Made by a program: the position numbers and the translations under genes. The notes under the pieces were generated by a model. It searched no databases. It saw nothing but the letters and a program-made list of their open reading frames with translations, and had not been told where the DNA came from. From the IMG/VR virus record IMGVR_UViG_3300025867_000014, positions 1 to 64,000 of that record: 64,000 bases of DNA; one strand, written 5' to 3'. How positions within the stretch are numbered: position 1 is the first letter of the stretch; each line of letters starts with the position of its first letter. Positions 20,274 to 29,457 of this stretch are shown here, piece by piece. Source of the DNA: a virus. Lineage: Duplodnaviria > Caudoviricetes.

Positions 20274-21293
20274 TTGAAAACAAATACTTTACTTGTTGAT
20301 GGTGACAACTTATTAACTATCGGTTTTTTTGGGTTAAAGAATCATTTTTATAAGGGTCAACATATAGGTGGTATATATCACTTTCTGAATACTCTTAGAA
20401 GAACTTTCGATACATACTTTTTAGATAAAATTTGCGTTTTTTGGGACGGGGATGATTCTGGTTTTCAAAGGCGCAAATTTTACGCGCCATATAAACAGAA
20501 CAGGAACAATAGGCTTAAAAGTGAAGAAGAAATAAATGCTTATAATAGGCAGAGAAACAGGATTAAACAATATCTCGAAGAAATATATGTTAGGCAGGGG
20601 GAATATGAGCATTGTGAAACGGATGACTGCATTGCATACTATGTACAAAACGCCCCCAATGAAAAGATTACCATATATTCATCCGATAGGGATTTAACCC
20701 AATTGGTCAGAGAAAATGTCTTTATTTATAGTCCGTCACATCAAAAGGTTTATGGCCCGGGTAGTGTTATGGAATATGACCACGAGGATATTTTAATCGA
20801 AAATGTGAAACTTGTTAAAATACTATGCGGCGACCAATCGGATAATATTCACGGAATTCGAAATATGGGAGTAAAAACCCTTATTAAGTTATACCCAGAA
20901 ATACAAACGAATGTTTTAACACTTGAAGATATTATAGAAAAAACCAAATTATTATTTGAAGAAGACAAGAAAAGTGTAATCATCCAAAATCTATTGACGG
21001 GAGTTAGCAAATTAGGGGTGTTTGGTGACGAATTTTACGAGATAAATTATAAGTTGATAGATTTATCCACTCCGCTATTAACTGACGATGCAAGGTCAGG
21101 AATTAACGATTTAATACATGAAAATTTAGACACGGAAGGGAGGTCGTACAAAAACGCAATGAAATTAATGCAAGATGATGGTTTATTTCTTATATTACAA
21201 CAACAACACATTGATTTCGTAAAATATTTCACACCATTTTTAAGGCTGACTCAAAAAGAAAAAAATAAACATTACCATAAAGCAAAAAAATAA
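20274..21293 (+). CDS. 5'-3' exonuclease (PolI N-terminal / T4 RNase H family); TTG start
   Basis: LLVDGDN, ETDDCIA, SSDRDLTQL, LCGDQSDNIHGIRNMGVKT. Confidence 0.9.
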   Translation: MKTNTLLVDGDNLLTIGFFGLKNHFYKGQHIGGIYHFLNTLRRTFDTYFLDKICVFWDGDDSGFQRRKFYAPYKQNRNNRLKSEEEINAYNRQRNRIKQYLEEIYVRQGEYEHCETDDCIAYYVQNAPNEKITIYSSDRDLTQLVRENVFIYSPSHQKVYGPGSVMEYDHEDILIENVKLVKILCGDQSDNIHGIRNMGVKTLIKLYPEIQTNVLTLEDIIEKTKLLFEEDKKSVIIQNLLTGVSKLGVFGDEFYEINYKLIDLSTPLLTDDARSGINDLIHENLDTEGRSYKNAMKLMQDDGLFLILQQQHIDFVKYFTPFLRLTQKEKNKHYHKAKK

Positions 21294-21297
21294 AACT

Positions 21298-21759
21298 ATG
21301 ACAAACCAAGATTTAATAAAACTGGAATTCCTTTTAACACTTGAAGGGAATATCATTATTCAAAGGTTCTTCAATGTAAAGGACTTTAACCCGATGGCGG
21401 TATACTCAACCGAATTGTATGAGACCGTAAAAGAAATTTGTGATGAAATTTCATACGATTTGAAAATGAAAACCATCGATTATTTACTCGAAAATCAAAA
21501 TTATTATTACGATTTCGAGAATGTGGAAAGCGAAACAGAAATTGCGGAAGAATACTTCCTGCTAGAAGTTAAGCTCGATAACCATATATTTATTTCCAGA
21601 ATATTCCCAGCACATGTGTACCATCCAAAGGTTAGATATACAGTTGATATCCGCCCGAAAGTGCGTGGCATACTTGCAATGCTAACCGATGTGTTATCTT
21701 CTAGTGAACTGGAAACTACAGATATGGGGTACGAATTAAACATACAGAACAGGAAATAA
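21298..21759 (+). CDS. Hypothetical protein
   Basis: 153 aa ORF tightly packed between exonuclease and helicase. Confidence 0.75.
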   Translation: MTNQDLIKLEFLLTLEGNIIIQRFFNVKDFNPMAVYSTELYETVKEICDEISYDLKMKTIDYLLENQNYYYDFENVESETEIAEEYFLLEVKLDNHIFISRIFPAHVYHPKVRYTVDIRPKVRGILAMLTDVLSSSELETTDMGYELNIQNRK

Positions 21760-21762
21760 AAT

Positions 21763-23385
21763 ATGGCAGAAGAGAAAAATTTTGGTTATTTGGGGACGAG
21801 TTTCCAACAATCATTGATTAAAATTATCATTGAGGATAAGAAGTTCGCCACCACCATTTTAGATGTCATTGACCCTCATTATTTTGAGGGAGCGTCATTT
21901 CGGTTCATCGTTCAAAATATCAAGGAACTTTATCAGCAATATAATGAAATTCCCGGGTATAAGAACATATCCTACAAGATAATGGAGGAGAACCAGAATG
22001 ATACGATGTCTAAAATGCATATGGACACCTTAAAAGGTATTGAAGATTATGAATTAACAGGGGTAAATCAAATAAAAGACAAAGCCCTTAATTTTTGTAG
22101 ACAACAAGTCCTTAAAAGGGAACTTAAAGTAGTACAATCGATTATTGACCAAGGCGATTTCGACTCGTATAAGAAAATTGAGGAAATTATTCAAAATGCG
22201 TTGCGTGTTGGTGCAAATACCAATGATGTAAAAGATGTATTTGAAAATGTACGAGCCGTTTTACAAGTAGATGCTCGAGTACCAATCCCAACGGGGATAG
22301 ATGGTCTTGACAATATGTTAGACGGTGGACTTGGTATAGGTGAATTAGGTGTTGTACTAGCCCCAACAGGTGTTGGTAAAACAACAATGTTAACAATATT
22401 TGCAAATACTGCATATAATGTTGGATTTAAAGTTTTACAAATTGTTTTTGAGGACAATGTAAATTCAATATTAAGAAAGCATTATACTCGTTGGACTGGG
22501 GTTGCACCGAATGAATTACCAACCGAAGCAGATACTATCGTTGAGATGCTTGGTGAAATTGAAAAGAATTCTAAAGGTCAACTTAAAATTTGTAAATTAC
22601 CAAGTGATTCAGTTACCGTATCCGAGCTTAAAGGAATGTTAAGAAAGCTTGCAATGGAAGGGTTTGTTCCCGACCTATTATTAATTGACTATGTTGATTG
22701 TATTATACCAGAAAAAGCAGCATATGGCGAAGAATGGAAAGGTGAAGGGTCAATTATGAGACATTTGGAAGCAATGACAAGTGAATTTAATATCGCGATA
22801 TGGGCGGCTACACAAGGTAATCGTGAGTCGATAACAACAGAAATTGTAACATCTAATTTAATGGGTGGGTCAATTAAAAAGGCTCAAATAGCACATGTTG
22901 TTATATCGGCGGGTAAAACACTCGAACAAAAAGAACATAAATTAGCGACATTAACACTTTTGAAATCTAGAATTGGTCAGGATGGTATTGTTTGGCAAAA
23001 TTGTCATTTCAATAATGAAATGTTACAAATCAATACGGAGGCACAGGAAACAATGCTTGGCCACGAGCAAAATGAGGAAAAAAGGAGAACACAACGAGCC
23101 ATTGATGTATATAAAGAAAGAAAAAGAAAGGAATTGGAAGAACTTTCTGGTAAACTATCTTTTTCTGAACCACCATCCAGTGCAATAAAACCAAATACCT
23201 CGTTTGATACGCCAAAGGAAAAAGTAGTACATCAAACAACAATAACAGAAGCAAAGGAATTAGCAAAAGTTGATAAAAAACTTGAAAATCTCAAGAAAAA
23301 CTTGGAACGAAATAAGAAAATCGCGGAAGAAAAACTTCGATTAAAACAAGAAAAAGTTCACGAAGAATCAACGATATCTACTTAA
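21763..23385 (+). CDS. dnaB: Replicative helicase (DnaB / T4 gp41-like)
   Basis: LAPTGVGKTT, LLIDYVD, ATQGNRES, KSRIG; charged C-terminal extension. Confidence 0.9.
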   Translation: MAEEKNFGYLGTSFQQSLIKIIIEDKKFATTILDVIDPHYFEGASFRFIVQNIKELYQQYNEIPGYKNISYKIMEENQNDTMSKMHMDTLKGIEDYELTGVNQIKDKALNFCRQQVLKRELKVVQSIIDQGDFDSYKKIEEIIQNALRVGANTNDVKDVFENVRAVLQVDARVPIPTGIDGLDNMLDGGLGIGELGVVLAPTGVGKTTMLTIFANTAYNVGFKVLQIVFEDNVNSILRKHYTRWTGVAPNELPTEADTIVEMLGEIEKNSKGQLKICKLPSDSVTVSELKGMLRKLAMEGFVPDLLLIDYVDCIIPEKAAYGEEWKGEGSIMRHLEAMTSEFNIAIWAATQGNRESITTEIVTSNLMGGSIKKAQIAHVVISAGKTLEQKEHKLATLTLLKSRIGQDGIVWQNCHFNNEMLQINTEAQETMLGHEQNEEKRRTQRAIDVYKERKRKELEELSGKLSFSEPPSSAIKPNTSFDTPKEKVVHQTTITEAKELAKVDKKLENLKKNLERNKKIAEEKLRLKQEKVHEESTIST

Positions 23386-23397
23386 CAATAATAAACT

Positions 23398-23446
23398 ATA
23401 TAGAGCGGGCAGGGTAATACTGTTCGCTCTATATTTATCTTTTTTT
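23398..23446 (+). terminator. 15-bp hairpin + T tract between dnaB and nrdJ
   Basis: atatagagcgggcag / ctgttcgctctatat (two G-U), 7-nt loop, then ttatctttttt; TATTTAT at 23432. Confidence 0.7.
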
Positions 23447-23453
23447 AATAATT

Positions 23454-26024
23454 ATGGACAAAAATACACTAAAAACTTACACTAAACAAGAAGTAGAAAA
23501 AGCAACTCTCGAGTATTTTAATGGCGACACATTAGCCACCGATGTTTGGATAAAAAAATACTGTCTCAAAGACGAAACCCATTATTATGAATTAACGCCA
23601 GATGATATGCACAGAAGACTTGCAAAAGAACTGGCAAGAATCGAAAAAAAGTACCCTAACCCACTTTCAGAAGACGAAATTTACGAAACAATCAAAGATT
23701 TTAAACGAATTATTCCACAAGGATCCCCAATGTCGGGAATAGGGAATGATTTTCAGATTGTTTCCTTATCGAATTGTTTTGTTATCGGTAATGAAAGGGA
23801 TTCAGATTCATATGGTGGAATATTAAAACTTGACCAAGAGATTGTTCAACTACAAAAAAGACGCGGCGGAGTTGGCCTTGATTTATCATTCATACGACCC
23901 AATGGGAGCCCCGTTAAAAATAGTGCAATTACAAGTACAGGTATCGTTCCTTTTATGGAAAGATATTCGAATACCACTAAAGAGGTTGCACAGGACGGAA
24001 GAAGGGGTGCGTTGATGCAAAGTATATCCATTCGTCATCCCGAATCAGAACATTTTATTGATGCAAAGTTGGAAGAAGGAAAAGTTACTGGAGCAAATGT
24101 ATCAATAAAACTACACGATGATTTTATGGAAGCCGCAATGAGCGGAAACCAGTATATGCAAAAATTTCCAATTGATTCAACAACCCCCACATACACAAAA
24201 GAAGTGGATGCGTTGAAACTATGGAAAAAAATCATCCATAATGCTTGGAAATCAGCAGAACCGGGTATTTTGTTTTGGGATACTATCATAAAAGAAAGTA
24301 TTCCAGATTGTTATATAAAATATGGGTTTAAAACCGTTAGTACCAACCCTTGCGGGGAAATTCCTTTGTGCCCGAATGATAGTTGTAGATTACTTGCAAT
24401 AAACATATTCAGTTATGTCGTTAATCCATTTACAAAGGATGCTTATTTTGACTTCGAATTATTTAAAAGCGACGCTCAAAAGGCTCAAAGATATATGGAC
24501 GATATTATTGATTTGGAAATCGAAAAAATTAATAATATATTAAAGAAAATCGAATCAGACCCAGAGGAAGAGTTGATTAAATTATATGAGATTAACTTAT
24601 GGAACAAGATTAAAGAAAAAACCGAACAGGGTCGTAGAACGGGCCTTGGTGTAACGGGTGAAGGTGATATGTTAGCGGCGTTGGGCTTGATATATGGTAC
24701 GGATGAGGCAACGGACTTTAGTGAAGAAGTTCATAGAACATTAAAACTAAATGCTTATCGTTCATCTGTAAATATGGCTAAAGAGCGTGGTGCGTTTCCA
24801 ATTTACTCTGCCGAACTGGAAGATAAAAATCCATTTATTCTTCGAATTAAAAAAGAAGACAAGGTATTGTATGAAGAAATGCAAGAGTTTGGCCGTAGGA
24901 ACATTGCATTGTTGACGATAGCCCCAACAGGCTCGGTATCTATTTTAACACAAACCACATCAGGTGTTGAACCAGCTTTTCTTCCCGTTTATATGAGAAG
25001 AAGAAAAATAAATCCCCAAGAAAAGGATGCAGTAATTGATTTTGTTGATAATGAGGGGATTGCTTGGACTGAATATCCTATTTTTCATCATAATTTCCAA
25101 CTTTGGTTAGAGGTCAATGGATATAATATTGATGAAATCAAGAAAATGCACAAAGCCGAGCTGGATGAAATTGTTAAGTTATCGCCATATTACAAAGCCA
25201 CATCGAATGATGTAGATTGGGTGAAAAAAGTCGAAATGCAGGGTCGTTTACAGAAACATGTTGACCATTCAATATCCGTAACGGTAAATTTACCGAAAGA
25301 AACCACCGAAGATATCGTATCAAAGGTATATGAAACAGGTTGGCGTAGCGGATGTAAAGGTATTACTGTATATCGTGACGGATCCCGTAGCGGCGTTCTT
25401 ATTTCGGAGTCTGAAAAGAAAGATAAAGTGGGAAGTGAATTATATGAAAATCACGCGCCAAAAAGACCAAAAAGATTAAAGGGTGAAATTCATAGATTCC
25501 AAAACAATTCAGAGAAATGGATTGCAGTCGTTGGATTATTGAAGGGTCGTCCATATGAAATTTTCACAGGTAAACTCGAGAACGGATTAAGTAATTTACC
25601 ATTATCGATAAAGGAGTGCGATGTTGTTCAAAATATGGTTGAAACCGAAGAATTAAATGATAAGGGTGAAAAGATAAAGAAGAAAAGGTACGATATTGAA
25701 TATATTGATTCAGATGGGGAAAAACAAATTCATACCGGTTTAAATCACGCTTTTAATCCTGAATTTTGGAACTATGCTAAGTTGATATCTGGAATTTTAA
25801 GGCACGGGATGCCGATGATAAAGGTTTATGAACTAATACACTCATTAAATTTCAAGGAAGATTACATCAACACTTGGAAAAATGGTGTAGAAAGAACCAT
25901 TAAGAAGTATATCAAAGATGGGGAAAAAGCAAGGGGTAGATGTCTTGAATGTGGTAGTGAAGAACTCGAATTCAAAGAGGGGTGTCTTATATGTTCTGCT
26001 TGTGGCCTTTCAAAGTGTCAATAA
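23454..26024 (+). CDS. nrdJ: Class II (adenosylcobalamin-dependent) ribonucleotide reductase
   Basis: LSNCF, TNPCGEIPL, TIAPTGS, TVYRDGSR, C-terminal CLEC..CSAC; no small-subunit gene adjacent. Confidence 0.85.
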   Translation: MDKNTLKTYTKQEVEKATLEYFNGDTLATDVWIKKYCLKDETHYYELTPDDMHRRLAKELARIEKKYPNPLSEDEIYETIKDFKRIIPQGSPMSGIGNDFQIVSLSNCFVIGNERDSDSYGGILKLDQEIVQLQKRRGGVGLDLSFIRPNGSPVKNSAITSTGIVPFMERYSNTTKEVAQDGRRGALMQSISIRHPESEHFIDAKLEEGKVTGANVSIKLHDDFMEAAMSGNQYMQKFPIDSTTPTYTKEVDALKLWKKIIHNAWKSAEPGILFWDTIIKESIPDCYIKYGFKTVSTNPCGEIPLCPNDSCRLLAINIFSYVVNPFTKDAYFDFELFKSDAQKAQRYMDDIIDLEIEKINNILKKIESDPEEELIKLYEINLWNKIKEKTEQGRRTGLGVTGEGDMLAALGLIYGTDEATDFSEEVHRTLKLNAYRSSVNMAKERGAFPIYSAELEDKNPFILRIKKEDKVLYEEMQEFGRRNIALLTIAPTGSVSILTQTTSGVEPAFLPVYMRRRKINPQEKDAVIDFVDNEGIAWTEYPIFHHNFQLWLEVNGYNIDEIKKMHKAELDEIVKLSPYYKATSNDVDWVKKVEMQGRLQKHVDHSISVTVNLPKETTEDIVSKVYETGWRSGCKGITVYRDGSRSGVLISESEKKDKVGSELYENHAPKRPKRLKGEIHRFQNNSEKWIAVVGLLKGRPYEIFTGKLENGLSNLPLSIKECDVVQNMVETEELNDKGEKIKKKRYDIEYIDSDGEKQIHTGLNHAFNPEFWNYAKLISGILRHGMPMIKVYELIHSLNFKEDYINTWKNGVERTIKKYIKDGEKARGRCLECGSEELEFKEGCLICSACGLSKCQ

Positions 26025-26052
26025 ATATTTCCACAATTTTAACTTTTCAAAC

Positions 26053-26084
26053 ATCCTCTGATATTTATTATAATATCAGAGGAT
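26053..26084 (+). promoter_or_regulatory. Perfect 13-bp hairpin containing TATTTAT and the AGAGGA leader of the endonuclease gene
   Basis: atcctctgatatt / aatatcagaggat, loop tattat; ATG at 26090. Confidence 0.75.
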
Positions 26085-26089
26085 TTTTT

Positions 26090-27106
26090 ATGATTAAATG
26101 TGAAATATGTGAACTTGAGTTTAAAAATAATCTCGGTGGAGATTTAACCAAGCATTTAAAATTGATACATCAGTTATCAATGGAAGATTATTATGTGAAA
26201 ACAGTATTAAATAATATCGAGCCCAAATGTAAATGTGGATTATGCGATGAAAGGCCGTATTTTAATAGAGGAAAGTTTAGTAAATATGCGTTAGGTCACG
26301 AAAAATTTGAATGGCAAGAAATGATGTACATAGAATTATATGGTCATCCTAAATGCCAAAATCCTGAATGTGATGAAATCGTAAAATTTCACAGAGGAAA
26401 GCCAAATAAATATTGTTCATTTAAATGTCATCCGAATAATTGGAATCAGAATAAAGTAAAGAATACTGTTAATAAAAAATATAATGTAGATAATGTTTTT
26501 CAGTTACCCAATATAAAACAAAAATTGAAATTGTCTTTAATAAAAAAATATGGTGTCGAACACCCACTACAATCTAATATACTATTAAATAAAATGACTA
26601 GTAACAACATTATTAAATACGGTGTGGAATATCCCCAGATGTTACCAAATATAAGAGAAAAACAAAAAGCAACATTAATAAAGAGATACGGCGTCAATCA
26701 TTACTCAAAAACCAAAGAATTTAGGGAACTTTCATCAAAAAATATGTGTAAATATAATCAAAATATTTTAACTAACCATACGATTAAACGATATAAAGAT
26801 ACAAAATTATATTATCAATCAAAATATGAATTAAAATTTTTAGAGTTTTGTGAAAAAAAGAATATATTAATGTATATCAGTAATTCACCAACATTTAAGT
26901 ATATCAACAAAAATTATGGAAAATGGCATCTACCCGATTTTAAATTTAAAGATAAGTTTATTATCGAAATTAAGTCAACATATTGGATGAATAAACAGGG
27001 TGGGATTGATGTTATAAACGCTAAAAAAGAATCTGTTGAAATAAAAGGATACAACTATATTTTTCTTCTTGATGAAGACTTTGATGATTTCATAAAAATT
27101 ATTTAA
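26090..27106 (+). CDS. Free-standing putative homing endonuclease (C2H2 + CxCG.C + KYG repeats + PD-(D/E)XK); start revised from 25982
   Basis: MIKCEICE..HLKLIH, PKCKCGLC, KKYGVE repeats, YQSKYE..HLPDF..IIEIKS; residues before 26090 overlap nrdJ and look non-coding. Confidence 0.7.
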   Translation: MIKCEICELEFKNNLGGDLTKHLKLIHQLSMEDYYVKTVLNNIEPKCKCGLCDERPYFNRGKFSKYALGHEKFEWQEMMYIELYGHPKCQNPECDEIVKFHRGKPNKYCSFKCHPNNWNQNKVKNTVNKKYNVDNVFQLPNIKQKLKLSLIKKYGVEHPLQSNILLNKMTSNNIIKYGVEYPQMLPNIREKQKATLIKRYGVNHYSKTKEFRELSSKNMCKYNQNILTNHTIKRYKDTKLYYQSKYELKFLEFCEKKNILMYISNSPTFKYINKNYGKWHLPDFKFKDKFIIEIKSTYWMNKQGGIDVINAKKESVEIKGYNYIFLLDEDFDDFIKII

Positions 27107-27119
27107 TATATTTATTAGT

Positions 27120-27569
27120 ATGGCAACTTATGGTATTGAATTTCCATTTCGTGATAGTGCGATTGGTAATTATTTAAAAATGACATCTACCCCTGAACGA
27201 GAAGTTAGGGCAAATTTAATTCATTTACTGTTAACTAGAAAAGGTAGTAGATATTATTTACCCGATTTCGGAACACGATTATATGAATATATTTTTGAAA
27301 TGAATGATAATGTTTCATATGGACATATTGAAGAAGAAATAAGGGACGCAGTTAAGAAATATATCCCGAATTTGGACATCAATAGTATTGAAATTGTATC
27401 AGCAGAGAATGATCCTGATAGGGTTAGGACAATTAGTGATGATGAAGACGAAAGATTGTTTAGATATACATCAGAGCCAGCAAGACCATACACCGCAGTC
27501 GTTAAAATTGACTACACAGTAAATAACGGAGCGTTTTCAACATCCGACTTTATAATTATTAACATATAA
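27120..27569 (+). CDS. Baseplate protein (T4 gp25/GPW-like)
   Basis: NLIHLLLTRKGSRYYLPDFGTRLYEYIFE. Confidence 0.9.
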   Translation: MATYGIEFPFRDSAIGNYLKMTSTPEREVRANLIHLLLTRKGSRYYLPDFGTRLYEYIFEMNDNVSYGHIEEEIRDAVKKYIPNLDINSIEIVSAENDPDRVRTISDDEDERLFRYTSEPARPYTAVVKIDYTVNNGAFSTSDFIIINI

Positions 27570-27570
27570 T

Positions 27571-29403
27571 ATGGGAAAATCAGTTTCATACGCAGTAAGA
27601 GACTTTGCAAGTTTAAGGGACGAATTGGTCAATATGACCAAACAATATTACCCTGATTTAATTTCAAATTTCAATGATGCTTCAATCTATTCAGTATTGT
27701 TGGATATGAACGCGGCAATTTCGGACAATTTACATTTTCATATCGACAGGGTATGGCAGGAAACGATGTTGGATTTTGCGCAACAAAGACAATCGTTATT
27801 TCATATAGCAAAAACATATGGATTACGAATTCCGGGGTTAAGACCATCAATTGCATTGTGTGATTTTAGTATTAATGTACCAGTAAGAGGGGATAAAGAC
27901 GATGAAAGATATGAAGGATTATTAAGGTCGGGAGCGCAGGTATCTGGTGGCGGTCAAATTTTTGAAACTATTGATGATATTGATTTTTCTAGTCCATTTA
28001 ATAAAAAAGGTGAACCAAATAGATTAAAAATTCCAAATTTTGATAATAACAATAAATTAATTTCTTACACGATTACAAAGAGAGAAGCGGTTGTTAATGG
28101 TGTTACTAAAATATACAGAAGAGTTATTACCGAATTAGACCAGAAACCATTTTTGAAACTTTATTTACCTGAAAAAAATATTTTAGGGGTAACAGCGATA
28201 ATACATAAAGACGGAACAAATTATGGTTCAAATCCAACCTATGCTGAGTTTTTAGACCCAACGAATAAGTGGTATGAAGTAAAATCGTTAATTGAGGATA
28301 AGGTTTTTGTTGACGACCCGACAGCAATTTCTGATGATGATAATTTCATCGCGGGGAATTACCTACCAGTAACGAATAAATTTATCACCGAATATTCACC
28401 TGAAGGGTATTTTTCGGTTACATTTGGCTCGGGTAATGTTGACCCAATGGATAATTTGGACAATTATATGACAGGAACAATGAAAGTTAATCTTGCAACA
28501 TTCCTGAATAATATGTCATTAGGTAATGTGCCTAAAGCAAACACAACATTATTCATCAAATATAGGATTGGTGGTGGTAAAGATTCTAATACGGGGGTAA
28601 ATGTAATTACATCTGTGGATTCAATTGATTTTGCAATAAATGGCCCGAACACGGCAGTTAATGATAAAGTATATCAATCATTAACAGTTACAAATATTAC
28701 ACCCGCAATCGGTGGAGCAAATGCCCCATCCATTGAAGAAATCAGGAATATGATTACTTACAATTTTGCAGCACAAAACAGAGCGGTAACTTTGAATGAT
28801 TATAAATCACTTATCGAAAATATGCCATCGACATACGGAGCACCTGCAAAGGTTAATGTAATGGAAGAAGATAACAAAGTTAGAATTAAACTTGTGTCAT
28901 ATGACGCAGAGGGGAATCTAACAGATTTGGTATCTAATACATTAAAGTCCAATATATTAAACTATCTTGCAAAATACAGGATGTTGAATGACTATATTGA
29001 CATTGTAGCGGGGGAAGTTGTGGACTTGGCGGTTGAAGTTGATGTAATTATCAATAAGAATGAAAGTCAAACTGATATTGCGAAGCAAGCAATTACAACA
29101 ATTACCGACTTTTTTGACATTTCAAAAAGAAAAATGGGGGATCCATTATTTGTTGGTGACTTAAAAAGAGAAATTGGTAATGTTGCTGGCGTTGTTAATG
29201 TCGTAGATGTTCGTCTTTTCAACTTAATAGGTGGAAAATATTCGTCAGCAGAAGTTGCTCAACCATATGTCGATGATACAACAAAAGAGATATCACAAAC
29301 TGATATGACTATCTATATGAAGTCAAATCAAATATTCCAAGTAAGGTATCCATCGTCAGATATTAGAATTAGAGTTAAAACACTCGCATCCACTACATAT
29401 TAA
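27571..29403 (+). CDS. Baseplate wedge protein (T4 gp6 / J-like)
   Basis: RDFASLRDEL..YRIGGG..GGANAPSIEEIR..AQNRAVTLNDY. Confidence 0.85.
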   Translation: MGKSVSYAVRDFASLRDELVNMTKQYYPDLISNFNDASIYSVLLDMNAAISDNLHFHIDRVWQETMLDFAQQRQSLFHIAKTYGLRIPGLRPSIALCDFSINVPVRGDKDDERYEGLLRSGAQVSGGGQIFETIDDIDFSSPFNKKGEPNRLKIPNFDNNNKLISYTITKREAVVNGVTKIYRRVITELDQKPFLKLYLPEKNILGVTAIIHKDGTNYGSNPTYAEFLDPTNKWYEVKSLIEDKVFVDDPTAISDDDNFIAGNYLPVTNKFITEYSPEGYFSVTFGSGNVDPMDNLDNYMTGTMKVNLATFLNNMSLGNVPKANTTLFIKYRIGGGKDSNTGVNVITSVDSIDFAINGPNTAVNDKVYQSLTVTNITPAIGGANAPSIEEIRNMITYNFAAQNRAVTLNDYKSLIENMPSTYGAPAKVNVMEEDNKVRIKLVSYDAEGNLTDLVSNTLKSNILNYLAKYRMLNDYIDIVAGEVVDLAVEVDVIINKNESQTDIAKQAITTITDFFDISKRKMGDPLFVGDLKREIGNVAGVVNVVDVRLFNLIGGKYSSAEVAQPYVDDTTKEISQTDMTIYMKSNQIFQVRYPSSDIRIRVKTLASTTY

Positions 29404-29457
29404 TTTGTTTTTTCTTTATCTTATACAAAAAAATAGATTGGTTTCTATTTATTGTAG

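Noticed and set aside
25982-26089. ORF-track N-terminal extension of the endonuclease
   Set aside because: Overlaps the nrdJ end and the regulatory hairpin; ATG 26090 fits better
17256-27106. Group I introns or inteins hosting the endonucleases
   Set aside because: SSB, RecA, DnaB and NrdJ are uninterrupted; endonuclease ORFs lie between genes
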